This document shows, in pieces, positions 53,923 to 64,000 of a stretch of DNA of 64,000 bases. How positions within the stretch are numbered: position 1 is the stretch's first letter; each line of letters opens with the position of its first letter. A program made the translations under genes and the position numbers. The DNA comes from an uncultured candidate division Zixibacteria bacterium (lineage in GTDB: Bacteria; Zixibacteria; MSB-5A5; UBA10806): positions 1,184,001 through 1,248,000 of the forward strand of contig CAWDFP010000006.1 in assembly GCA_963801605.1 (NCBI GenBank), given 5' to 3'. Below the pieces are notes generated by a model. It was not told the origin of the DNA and did no database searches. It was given only the letters and a program-made list of their open reading frames with translations.

Positions 53923-54749
53923 GATTTGCTTGCTCCGCTGATTTTTTCAATCATCGAAATTGCACGTTTAGTCTCAGCCACGTCGTGTACCCTTACAATA
54001 TCGGCCCCGTTTAATACCGCATAGCAGGCCGCGGCGATAGAGCCTTCGAGGCGATCTGGCATTTCAAGTTCTTTCCCGACAAATGATTTTCTCGATACAC
54101 CAACCAAAAGGGGATAATCCAAATCGAGAAAACGATGTAGGCTCTTTAGTATCGAAAAATTACCTTCAACTGACTTTCCAAATCCAATGCCTGGATCGAT
54201 GATAAGTCTGTTATTCGCGACTCCGGCCCTGGCTGCTTTATTCGTTGCCGCTTCAAGGTAGGAGTGAATCTCGCCGATCAAATCGTTATATTTGGTGTCC
54301 TTTTGCATTTCCTTGGGGGTTCCGCGCATATGCATCAATATAAGATAGGCTCCGTATTTTGCGGCGACTTCGCCAATTTTCTCATCGAAATTCATTGCGG
54401 AAATATCGTTTACGATTGATGCTCCGGCTTCGAGAGCGCGGCTTGCCACCTCAGATTTGGTTGTGTCGATTGAAATCGGAATATCGAATTCGTCTTTCAG
54501 CTTTTCAAGGATAGGTATTACGCGTTGAATTTCATCTTCGGTAGAAACGCTCTCGGAACCCGGCCTTGACGATTCCCCTCCAATATCGATAATATCTGCT
54601 CCTTCGCTTGCCAGGCGCCTGGCATGCTCTACCGCCTTATCCGGCGCGAAAAATTTACCTCCGTCGGAAAAGGAATCAGGAGTGACGTTGAGAATTCCCA
54701 TGATCAGGGGCCTTTGGCCCAGATCTTTGATTTCTCGGTATCTCGACAT
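53919..54749 (-). CDS. folP: Dihydropteroate synthase
   Basis: GILNVTPDSFSDGG, GGESSRPG, DPGIGFGK, SRKS, RVHDV. Confidence 0.97.
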
Positions 54750-54774
54750 AAAAAACGAGGCTCTCCTCTTATTT

Positions 54775-55332
54775 TTAGTTTGATTTAATCAGCAACAGAG
54801 CTTCCTGTCGTGTTGCTTCATTTTTTAGAGCTCCCCTGACTGCGGAACTTATGGTCCTTATCCCCGGTTGCCTGAGGCCCCTCATTGTCAGGCAGAGTTG
54901 TTCGGCCTCTACCACTACCAAGACGCCCTTGGGATGTAAAACCTCGACAATCGTATCGGCAATTTCGGTGGTCATGCGTTCCTGAATTTGGGGACGACGC
55001 GATAATAACTCAACGACCCGCACCAGGCGCGAAAACCCGGTGATAGTGTTATTCTCGGGAATATAAGCTAAATGCACTTTGCCAAAAAAGGGGAGAAGAT
55101 GATGCTCGCACATTGAGAAAAAGGAAATGTCCCTGGCGATTATCAATTCATCGCGGTTTTCGGCGTGATAGAGTTTAAGCGAGGCCTTTGGATCTTCATC
55201 CTTACCCGCGAAAAATTCACTATAAAAATTGGCTACCCGGCTGGGAGTATCCTTTAATCCTTCGGATTGAAGATCCACTCCGAGGCCTTCCAAAATCAAA
55301 TCAACGCCCTTTTGAATTTTCGCCTTATCCAC
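54775..55332 (-). CDS. folE: GTP cyclohydrolase I
   Basis: [32 protein letters not shown]. Confidence 0.96.
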   Translation of the reverse strand: MDKAKIQKGVDLILEGLGVDLQSEGLKDTPSRVANFYSEFFAGKDEDPKASLKLYHAENRDELIIARDISFFSMCEHHLLPFFGKVHLAYIPENNTITGFSRLVRVVELLSRRPQIQERMTTEIADTIVEVLHPKGVLVVVEAEQLCLTMRGLRQPGIRTISSAVRGALKNEATRQEALLLIKSN

Positions 55333-57338
55333 GGGGTGATTCTCCGCCGGGATCTACGCCGGCTGTTTTTACTTCCAACTGCTCTTCATCATCAACTTGC
55401 TTTAGTATCGCATCGATCTCGGGGCCATCCAGGATTTCCTTTTCAAGCAGGCTCTTGGCCAGTGTGTCGAGTTTTTTGACATTGGCTGTCAGAAGTTCGG
55501 TTGCATTCTTCTCGGCTTCGACGACAATATCCCTAACTTCGTTATCGATTTCCACAGCAATTGCTTCGGAATAATCCCGACGCTTTGCAAAATCCCGGCC
55601 CAGAAATATCTCATCATCTTTTTTACCAAATGTCAGCGGCCCGAGCTTTTCCGACATTCCCCAGTCGCATACCATCTTTCGAGCCAAATTCGTGGCTTGC
55701 TCAAGATCGTTTCCAGCGCCTGTGGTTAGTTGATTAAATTTCAATCTTTCAGCTACGCGGCCTCCCATCATATGTACCAGTCTCGTCTCCAGATACTCCT
55801 TGGAGAGCGTGTGACGTTCATCGATTGGCAGATAATGAGTGAGGCCCAAGGCCATACCGCGAGGAATTATTGTCACCTTGTGAACCGGATCCGAACCCGG
55901 AATAAGCTTGGCTACGAGAGCATGACCGGCCTCATGATAAGCGGTGGTCTTTTTCTCTTCGGGAGAGATGACCAACGACCGTCTCTCGGTGCCCATCATT
56001 ACTTTGTCTTTGGCATCCTCAAAATCGTTCATGCTAACCGAGGTGCGATTGCGGCGAGCGGCCAGCAGCGCGGATTCGTTAACCAGATTGGCCAGATCGG
56101 CGCCCGACATGCCCGGCGTTCCGCGGGCCAAAATCTTGAGATCCACATCGTCAGCCATCTTGATCTTTTTGGCGTGAACTCTCAGAATGCCCTCGCGACC
56201 TTTGATGTCGGGTTGATCGACTACTATCTGACGGTCAAATCGGCCCGGACGAAGCAGCGCAGGATCGAGTACATCGGGACGGTTGGTGGCCGCGATCAGG
56301 ATTACTCCCTCGTTCGATTCAAAACCATCCATTTCGACGAGCAATTGATTTAGCGTTTGTTCACGTTCGTCATGACCGCCGCCAAGCCCCGCGCCGCGGT
56401 GACGGCCCACGGCATCGATCTCATCGATAAATATTATGCAGGGAGCGTTGCGTTTGCCCTGATCAAACAGATCCCGCACACGCGATGCGCCAACGCCCAC
56501 AAACATCTCTACAAAATCGGAACCCGACATCGAGAAAAACGGTACCTGCGCTTCGCCAGCTACGGCCCGCGCCAGCAAAGTCTTGCCTGTTCCGGGAGGG
56601 CCTAAAAGCAGCGCGCCTTTGGGGATTTTTCCGCCAATTTTTGAAATTTACCGGGATCTTTGAGAAATTCGATTATCTCCTCGAGTTCTTGCTTGGCTTC
56701 ATCGCACCCGGCGACATCCGCAAAGGTTACTTTGGGACGAGAGCCCGTTAAGAAGCCGAGCCTTTGATTTTCCAAACGAGAAAATTCCCTTCGGGCCCGC
56801 CCTGCATCTGGCGAAGCATGAAGATCCAGAAAAATATTAAAAAGAGCCAGGGGAGGGTTGCGATCAGCAGGCTGCCCCAATTGCTTGACGGCTTTGGCCT
56901 CGATCGGTACATCATGATCTTCCATAAGCTTGAGAAGTTCGGAATCGCTTGCAAACGGAATCATGCTGGTGAATTTCTTGGCGGTGACAGTCTGGTTTCC
57001 AACCTTTTTGGTGAAATCGTTCTTAAAATCGCCGCTGACCCGACGTTCCTCAAAAGTGACCCGCGATACATTTCCCGCTAAAATCTGATTTTGCAGATCA
57101 GTATAGGTTATTTCCACCGTATCCCGTCCGGTGCCGAAATAGTAGTTGAAAGCCCAGAAGGAAAGTAGGATAATCACTGCCCAGAAGGCCAGCGTCTTTA
57201 ACGGTTTTCTGCCAGTTGAAATCCGGGCCGCTTCCGTCGGGTGCAGGCGGTTTGCCCCGGGGATTGCGACGGTCATCGTCCGGTCCTCCGCGGCTGAAGC
57301 TTATTATCAAGTTTTTGATCGTCAAACTGCTGATTCAT
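55325..57338 (-). CDS. ftsH: ATP-dependent zinc metalloprotease FtsH with about six frameshifts in the 5' 720 bp
   Basis: Two TMs, [40 protein letters not shown] 57338 just after hpt. Confidence 0.93.
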
Positions 57339-57342
57339 TTAC

Positions 57343-57846
57343 TCATCCTTTGGCAATATATGGCAATTGCCGGTACTTTTCATTGTCATCTAATCCGTAT
57401 CCCACCACAAAAACTTCCGGGATGTCAAACCCAACATATTTTATGTTTAAGTCGACTTTTCGTGCCGTTTTTTTATCAAGTAATGTCACGAACTCAACCG
57501 ATTTCGGTTTCCTGAGCTGGATATATTGCATGATATAGTTGCCGGTCAGGCCGCTGTCGATTATATCCTCGACGATTAGCACATGCCGGCCCTGGATATT
57601 TACATTAATATCCTTCAGAAGCCGGACTACTCCCGTGCTGCGATTATTCGAACCGTAAGATGCCACACCCATGAAATCGATCTCGCATTGGATATCGGCC
57701 GCCCGAATCAAATCCGCCATAAAAATAAAGCTTCCCTTTAAAATACCTATAAAGATCGGGTCCTTATCTTTGTAATCGGATGCAATTTTGCGGCCTAACT
57801 TTCGCACCCCGGCCTGGAGCTTCTCCTTAGTTATCAAAGCGCGCAT
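57343..57846 (-). CDS. hpt: Hypoxanthine phosphoribosyltransferase
   Basis: LKGSFIFMADL, VEDIIDSG, FVVGYGLD. Confidence 0.97.
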   Translation of the reverse strand: MRALITKEKLQAGVRKLGRKIASDYKDKDPIFIGILKGSFIFMADLIRAADIQCEIDFMGVASYGSNNRSTGVVRLLKDINVNIQGRHVLIVEDIIDSGLTGNYIMQYIQLRKPKSVEFVTLLDKKTARKVDLNIKYVGFDIPEVFVVGYGLDDNEKYRQLPYIAKG

Positions 57847-59200
57847 AACGTAGATTCAATACCTCTCGAGTTTGTTCAGTGAGCCTGAAATCATCCGAGA
57901 TCATTACCCCGGGAATCCAGGCGATATTCTTATCCGATAAAACTATTGGAACAATTTCTCTTTCATACTCGGGGATTTTTCGGTTAATGAAAATATCGGA
58001 TAACAGTTTATGTCCTTTCATCCCCAGCGGCCTGATCTTATCACCGTCCTGCCAGAATCTGGCCGTAATATCCCCCAACTTCTCCTGATCGAGATAGATA
58101 TTCAAATTACTTTGGTCGAGTTTTTCGATCCTGTCGCGCTTCACGATTTTGGCTTCAATAAGGCCTTCGGGAAACTCCGTTTTTCCCGGGATTGCCAGCC
58201 GGTAGTTGCCTTTGCCTGCTTGAGGTTTTAAGATTGCAATCCCGCCCTGGGATTTTTCGATGCAAATTCCTTGTGTTAGTGGCGCTTTTCGCCCGCTTTC
58301 TCCGTTAACGATGCTCAAGGCTCGGGAAATACTTTGAGACGATAGGCTATGGATGTCCCCGCTCAGGATCCTAAAGGCCTCCTTGATCACCTTTTTTATC
58401 AAACTTTTATCATATTGCACAAGTTTCCCTAAATCAAGGACTATTTTGCTCTTACCGCTCTCAAGCAGTGCTGCCTTATAGGCTAATACCGTCAAATTGG
58501 CATTAAATTCAACCTCATCCGAAACTATCTCACTTAGCCGCATGATATTTTGTCTGGCGCCGGAGTTTATTTTCTCTAACTCTGGGATAACCTTCAGCCG
58601 GATACGGTTTCGCGAATAATCAAGCGAGCGATTGGATTTATCCTGTATAAATCTGATTTTTTGCACTTTCAGCCATTCAAGCAGTTCCGCTTTTTCAATA
58701 TCCAATAGCGGACGAATAATCTTGCCTCGTTTTCGGGGTATTCCGGCCAGGCCGGAAAGGCCGCTGCCTCTAATCATGTTGAAAATGACCGTTTCCACGG
58801 TGTCATCGAGCGTATGGCCGGTGGCAATTTTATCACATCTATATTTTTCCGTCAAAGAATCGAAATAATCATATCGAGCCTTACGGCCGGCTTCTTCAAC
58901 CGAAAGCTTATTGCGCCCGGCCAGCGCAGGGATATCAAGGCGTTTGGAATGAAACTTGATATGGAGATTGCGGCATGCTTCCTTGCAAAATTTCTGGTCT
59001 TTTGCCGACGTTGGCCTGATGGTATGATCCAGATGAGCGGCGGCCAACTTTATATCGTATTTAGCCTTAAGCGAATTAAGGAGATGCAAAAGCGCCATCG
59101 AATCAGGACCGCCCGATAGGGCTATAAGGATATGGTCCCCTTTTGAGAAAAGGGAATATTTTTTAATAGCCTGCTCGATCTTATAAACGATATCTACCAT
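57827..59200 (-). CDS. tilS: tRNA(Ile)-lysidine synthetase
   Basis: SGGPDS PP-loop, RKARY, GHTLDD..ET, IRPLL, RNRIR, C-terminal KIP...R. Confidence 0.96.
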   Translation of the reverse strand: MVDIVYKIEQAIKKYSLFSKGDHILIALSGGPDSMALLHLLNSLKAKYDIKLAAAHLDHTIRPTSAKDQKFCKEACRNLHIKFHSKRLDIPALAGRNKLSVEEAGRKARYDYFDSLTEKYRCDKIATGHTLDDTVETVIFNMIRGSGLSGLAGIPRKRGKIIRPLLDIEKAELLEWLKVQKIRFIQDKSNRSLDYSRNRIRLKVIPELEKINSGARQNIMRLSEIVSDEVEFNANLTVLAYKAALLESGKSKIVLDLGKLVQYDKSLIKKVIKEAFRILSGDIHSLSSQSISRALSIVNGESGRKAPLTQGICIEKSQGGIAILKPQAGKGNYRLAIPGKTEFPEGLIEAKIVKRDRIEKLDQSNLNIYLDQEKLGDITARFWQDGDKIRPLGMKGHKLLSDIFINRKIPEYEREIVPIVLSDKNIAWIPGVMISDDFRLTEQTREVLNLRYARFDN

Positions 59201-59206
59201 TGATAC

Positions 59207-59235
59207 AAATTAACAAAATTGGCCCATGAAGTCAA
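59207..59235 (-). promoter_or_regulatory. Sigma70 promoter abutting tilS start (leaderless-type)
   Basis: TTGACT-17 nt-TAATTT (TGn extended)-6 nt-ATG; no SD. Confidence 0.65.
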
Positions 59236-59314
59236 TTGCGGATATGGAGGAAATCGAATGCAATCTGGCTGCCAGTTCGATAACATTCGTTCGGGGCGAA
59301 TAGGAATATCAAGG

Positions 59315-61486
59315 CTATCTCAATAGCACCATCTTTCGCGCCGTCTGGTTCCGTCCTTCGATGATATAGAAATAAACCCCCGAGGACGCATCCCTGGCAT
59401 CCCAGATCAATTCATGCTTTCCCGCGGATTGAAAGCCCGTTTCGAGTGCAGCTACTTTGCGTCCCAGGATATCATAGATCTCAAGCGTCACCTCAGTGGC
59501 GTTAGGAAGATAATAGCTTATCGTCGTCTGCGCGTTGAACGGGTTGGGGTAGTTTTGTAAAAGCGTAAATTCTTTCGGCGTGTTCGGAATTTCCCGCGTC
59601 TCTATGCCCGTTGGCGCGCCCCAACGAAGATGCTGAAGAGAGTAGTAGTCTGAGGCAAAAAAGTTATTGCCGATTGTACATACCTGATTGATAACGTTGC
59701 CGGTAGAGTAGCCGCCTTTATATTGAAGATCATTGTAAGGCATATAATTGAAAGTAAAAATCTTTATTCCATTGACACCATCGGCGATATAAAGAGTATC
59801 GTTTGAGGAATAAATTTGCTTTACGTCGGAGAAGTACTCAGGGCCGAGGAATGCCAGGCTGTCGAACGTGTTGATATCAAAAATATGGGTGCCATGACGG
59901 CCCGAGGCCCAAATTATGGCATTTAATATATCAAGATTTTGCAAAGTATCCGCTGGCAATTGCAATTCCAGCTCTATTACTGGTAGAGTAGGGTTGGCGG
60001 CGTTAATCTTAACCAACTTCGCCAAATTCTCCTCGAGAAGAACCGAGGTGTTTAGATACTGCCCTATCGATGTCAGGCTGCCTGCGGGAAAGTCCATACG
60101 CGAGAGGATGGCCATGCCGTTTAGAGAATCATAATCGATGACATAATATGATTGATCGGTTATGGCAAACAAGAGGCTGTCGTAAGCCGCGCAATCCAAA
60201 ATCTCAGCCTCAAAACCGATTAGGAAATGGCTGACCACCGGCTGGGCCGGATTCGCCAGGTTGACCTGGAAAATTCTATCCCGGCAAAAACAGATTGCAG
60301 ATGAGCCGATAGTTATAATTTTGGTAGGCTCTACTCCATCCAATGCTGCAATGAGATTCAGTTGATTTGACTGATCAATCTCGTGCACTAACAGCTCCCC
60401 GCCATTAGATTCCGCGCCAGAAAGAATGTAATTGCCATAGGTGGCAGTGGAGAGGATGCCATAGTGCTCTGGGCCGGTAGAGGCTAAAAGGGGCATCTGT
60501 ATATTATATGAAAAGGTAGCTTGATAAATATCTATTGAATGGATTTGATCTTTAATAAAATACTGATTATTGTATATTTCAAAATTGCAGTTAATTCCCA
60601 AAGTATTCGGTGACAGGGGACCCAATATTGACATATTACTATAGGAAAAGACGTCACCTACATCCGTAAATATATCTGAAAATGCATATCCGTATTTGGT
60701 ACATTGGTATTCAATGGGATCAGAAAAGGGATAACCGGTAATATCTCGCCAAGCGCTGTCTGGCAAAAATTGATAAAAAAGTAATCCGCTACTAAACATT
60801 ACGGTCGAATATCCTATTGCCAAAGTATCACCGTTTCCTTGAGTCATTCCATAGGACACAGAGCCAACGCTAACCGTGTCGGAATATCCCAGGACTATAT
60901 TATCAGGCATTCTTATATCATAAATATCATAATAGATGACAGATATAACGAGAATATAGTATTCCGCATATACTATTACCAAAGGCGATTGTTACAAAAA
61001 TTCCATGAGGTATGCTTCTATATAATGAAATTGAGAAACTAATGTTGGATTATTGATATCGCTGATACTATATGTCCTGATAGAATCATCATTCGAAACG
61101 GCGAATAAATAATTACCCGCTAATTTCCAATTGAGCATGCCCAATAAGGAAATATGACCTGCAACTCGCGTGCTATCAAAATCTGCGAAATCGACCAAAC
61201 TTAATTCGCCAGATTCGGCTTTCGCCATCAGCCGTCTCTGAAAATCTATCTGGTCAAAACCCGAGACCTCCTCGCGGCCGATAAATACCGGATTGGACGG
61301 ATCGGCTATGTAATAGCGCTCCACACCGTGACCATTAAGCGTATTAACATAAAGTGTATCGCCGTCAAGGGCCAACTTGCCGTATCCCGACGGCCATAAA
61401 GTATTGATATGATCTATTTCATTTTGGGCAATTGCCGGATAGGTAAATATAAAAAGCGCACAAATGATTTTGATAATCTTACACAT
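59315..61486 (-). CDS. Secreted LVIVD-like beta-propeller protein with FlgD-Ig/T9SS-like C-terminal domain, interrupted by in-frame TAA at 60992-60994
   Basis: Signal peptide PAIA|QN; YIADPSNP, ISDINNP, NLANPAQP, LYIADG repeats; QNYPNPFN...KMVLLR; both ORF pieces share a frame. Confidence 0.75.
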
Positions 61487-61522
61487 GCGCATCTCCAGTT
61501 TTATTTAGTGGCCTGCAAGTAA

Positions 61523-61551
61523 ATAATATGATTCGTGGAGATACTTGTCAA
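61523..61551 (-). promoter_or_regulatory. Sigma70 promoter
   Basis: TTGACA-17 nt-TATTAT; SD GGAG before ATG 61486. Confidence 0.65.
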
Positions 61552-61601
61552 GCTATATTTTAGTCTATTGTAGGTTAGTTCGCCCGCAACCTGACTTTTT
61601 A

Positions 61602-61877
61602 TTACCCGCCAATTACCACCGTCCAGGGCCGAACCTGCCATTTGGTAATCAGGCCTTGCGTCACATAGATATCATTTTTCGCAAAGTTTTCGGCGACTGC
61701 GGGGCTAACTCCCTTGAATATGAGAACTGCAGTATCGGTGGGGTCCGCCAGCGCTCCGGCCAGCAGCAGCTCTCCTCTGTCATGAGCCGCGGTGGCATAT
61801 TTCAGATGAGTGTCGCGGAAAGGTACGCGTTTTTCGATGTAGTTATCGACTGTCGTATAAAAGAGTATGTAATACAT
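61602..61877 (-). CDS. YciI-like protein
   Basis: R.PFR..HL, LLLAGAL, FAKNDIYV..GL...W.VRPW; SD GAGGAG. Confidence 0.9.
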   Translation of the reverse strand: MYYILFYTTVDNYIEKRVPFRDTHLKYATAAHDRGELLLAGALADPTDTAVLIFKGVSPAVAENFAKNDIYVTQGLITKWQVRPWTVVIGG

Positions 61878-61921
61878 TCAAATTTCTCCTCGTTTTTTCG
61901 GATGATAAATCAGGGACGTCC

Positions 61922-63373
61922 CTACTTCACCAACACTAACTTGATAGAGCTCCGCCTTTGCCCGTTTTCAAGCCGCGCAAAATATACCCCTGACGATTGA
62001 CCATTCCCGTTCCACAAGACCTTGTGCTCGCCAGCGTTTTGATTGCCATCGCGTAGCGTAGCCACCATCTGTCCCGTCAGATTGTATATCGTTAGCCTCA
62101 CATCACCTGGCCCGGTAAGGTTGTAACGAATCAGCGTACTGCCGTTAAATGGGTTGGGATAGCACTCCAGCAGCGCTGTCCTTTCCGGTATCGGTTCATC
62201 TTCGATCCCCTGAGTGGGGATCATGATACTTATCTGCGATTCGCTGTCCGGTTCCGAATATTGCCCGCAGGATGTTCGCGCGAAAACCGTGTAATAATAA
62301 CGCACTCCGGGCGTGAGCGTATCGCCGATCAACTCCTGGCCCGGTCCCTCATAAACGATATCGCCGTCAAACGGCGTCTGCGGAAAACCGGTGGTGCTCC
62401 TGTGAAGAATCGCCTCTGTAAAAACACTCATCCAGACCGGGTTTGTCCAGCCAATATCGGCTTTTCCATCGATAGTGTCAGCATGGATGCCTATTACCTT
62501 AAGCCCCGGGATGTAGAAACGGTTGGCAGCGCCGCGGCTTGGAAAACCATCATTGAAACTGAACGATGTAATATCATTGTAGCCCCAGAAAGCTCGAGAC
62601 CAATTCTGTCGAGTTGTATCACCATCGGGGTAGCGCATAAAAGAAACATCCGCGCCATGATCGCTTGACCACCCAACCTGATCAACCAGGCAACTATCGG
62701 TATCAATTAAATAAATATTATCAGCTTCAAAATCCATATCGAAAATGGACGGGAAATTATTTTCATCTAAGACATAATATCCATGAGGGCCGATTCTGGC
62801 ATTCTCGGGTAAATTGTATATAGTATCACAAACAATTTTCCAATCTGCAAGATTGACCTCGCTATTAGTAATATTATAAAGCTCCACGAAATTGCATCTA
62901 TTAGCCCAATCGCAATGGGAATTTATTTCATTGATCACCACCTGATTTCCTCCATGGTACGACCATACGAAATCGAAGCTCAGGCAATAGAGCATTGGAG
63001 AATACAATTTGCGATCAACTGAATAACCTTTGATGGGTGGAGTGCTTATATCCCACGTACCCCATTTAACCGGTTCCATTCCAGGAAGATTTGTTGTTAA
63101 TGAATCTGTTTCTGAATTGAAAACAAATCCGGAGGTATTAGAAGAATCAAGTATGATAGAATAAGAGGAATTTACTCCTGAATCAATTAAGGCTATTCCT
63201 GTTGACGTATATATGGTATCGCCGGAAAGATCAGTCGGCTGATATGTACGAATGCGAAATTCTGGCGGATATGCCCTTACATACTCGATATAAAATGGCG
63301 GCAACGGATTTGCCATCGCTCCATTCATGGCAAACATGCCCGCCAAAAGAATAAGTATCAGCAATCTTTTCAT
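61922..63373 (-). CDS. Secreted protein with lamin-tail domain, Fn3-like domain and FlgD-Ig/T9SS-like C-terminal domain
   Basis: Signal peptide; VVINEI..FVELYN..VNLADW; WTNP..YYYTVFA; YPNPFN...KLVLVK; SD GGAGG. Confidence 0.8.
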   Translation of the reverse strand: MKRLLILILLAGMFAMNGAMANPLPPFYIEYVRAYPPEFRIRTYQPTDLSGDTIYTSTGIALIDSGVNSSYSIILDSSNTSGFVFNSETDSLTTNLPGMEPVKWGTWDISTPPIKGYSVDRKLYSPMLYCLSFDFVWSYHGGNQVVINEINSHCDWANRCNFVELYNITNSEVNLADWKIVCDTIYNLPENARIGPHGYYVLDENNFPSIFDMDFEADNIYLIDTDSCLVDQVGWSSDHGADVSFMRYPDGDTTRQNWSRAFWGYNDITSFSFNDGFPSRGAANRFYIPGLKVIGIHADTIDGKADIGWTNPVWMSVFTEAILHRSTTGFPQTPFDGDIVYEGPGQELIGDTLTPGVRYYYTVFARTSCGQYSEPDSESQISIMIPTQGIEDEPIPERTALLECYPNPFNGSTLIRYNLTGPGDVRLTIYNLTGQMVATLRDGNQNAGEHKVLWNGNGQSSGVYFARLENGQRRSSIKLVLVK

Positions 63374-63394
63374 AACCCCAAACCTCCGTCAAAT

Positions 63395-64000
63395 CTATTT
63401 TGACTTCCAGCTTATCACCATATCTCTATTAGGCATAAAATTAGTACGACGCGCCAGATATTCGCAATTGTCACCCTTTATTATCGAACTGTCCGGCTCG
63501 GGCCAGGCCTGGACGTCCTTAAAACGCTTAGGTATGATAAATCTATAGGCGGCATCTTCTAATGGTTTTCCCCAGGCGTTTGTGGACGTTATTATATAGA
63601 CCGCTCTATTGCTTTTTATCTTCTGGCTATAATCCAAATGCCAAACTGTAATGCCATTCGCTTTTATCGGGATGGAGATCCTCACCGCATTTTTCATTCT
63701 TGATGATCTAATATCCAGCTTGCTTGTATCGGCGCCGTTCAAGACATAAGCATACATCGAATCGGGGAATAGGCTCAAGCTATCGACATAAAATGGAAAT
63801 ATAATCGGTATAATTCCGTCACGATCAGTATTGCTGCGAAAATAATAGATACCCGACACGTTGGATACACCCTCACCAACCGTAAGCGTTATCTCTTCTT
63901 TGAAAAAATCGAGAAGAGGAGTATCCGGTATCGGCTGTTTATCCTGGGCAAGGCAAACCGCGATGGAACTCAGCAAAATCAAGATACAAATCGATTTTAT
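63395..64000 (-). CDS. Exported hypothetical protein (start lies beyond the window)
   Basis: Frame open to base 64000; signal peptide ending CLA|QD; YIITSTNAWGKPL motif reminiscent of DUF4424-like proteins. Confidence 0.65.
   Translation of the reverse strand: MKSICILILLSSIAVCLAQDKQPIPDTPLLDFFKEEITLTVGEGVSNVSGIYYFRSNTDRDGIIPIIFPFYVDSLSLFPDSMYAYVLNGADTSKLDIRSSRMKNAVRISIPIKANGITVWHLDYSQKIKSNRAVYIITSTNAWGKPLEDAAYRFIIPKRFKDVQAWPEPDSSIIKGDNCEYLARRTNFMPNRDMVISWKSK

Overview
Gene-dense bacterial chromosomal window with about 62 CDS. I saw no rRNA, tRNA, CRISPR array, IS or prophage. Three secreted proteins carry a C-terminal 'YPNPFN' FlgD-Ig/T9SS-like domain, and one also has cohesin- and dockerin-like modules; this suggests an FCB-associated lineage such as candidate Zixibacteria (inference only). 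Main blocks: stand-alone EF-G; yebC-ruvCAB-queA-ispD-ispF-dedA-ddl-HAD-M42-cysS; a CDP-alcohol transferase/HAD pair; a branched-chain-type 2-oxoacid dehydrogenase operon with an internal acyl-CoA thioesterase; amino-acid catabolic genes (ald-like plus CoA-transferase, M29 peptidase, OCD/mu-crystallin, gdh); a long minus-strand operon tilS-hpt-ftsH-folE-folP-dacA-obgE-dprA-ptsH-ptsI-pgi/pmi-nucleotidyltransferase followed by metK-ahcY-csp; and a terminal cluster of secreted-protein genes. About ten genes have single-base frameshifts, mostly in short homopolymers and including housekeeping genes; these are most likely long-read errors. Best leads: (1) a secreted non-catalytic protein joining cohesin, dockerin and a sorting domain; (2) strong enrichment of the Bacteroidota-type D-S/T O-glycosylation sequon in exported proteins; (3) an alanine-dehydrogenase homologue lacking substrate-binding Lys75, coupled to a CoA-transferase; (4) an apparently inactive PD-(D/E)XK-like protein; (5) three apparently leaderless genes. 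All family calls come from motif recognition by eye, not database searches.
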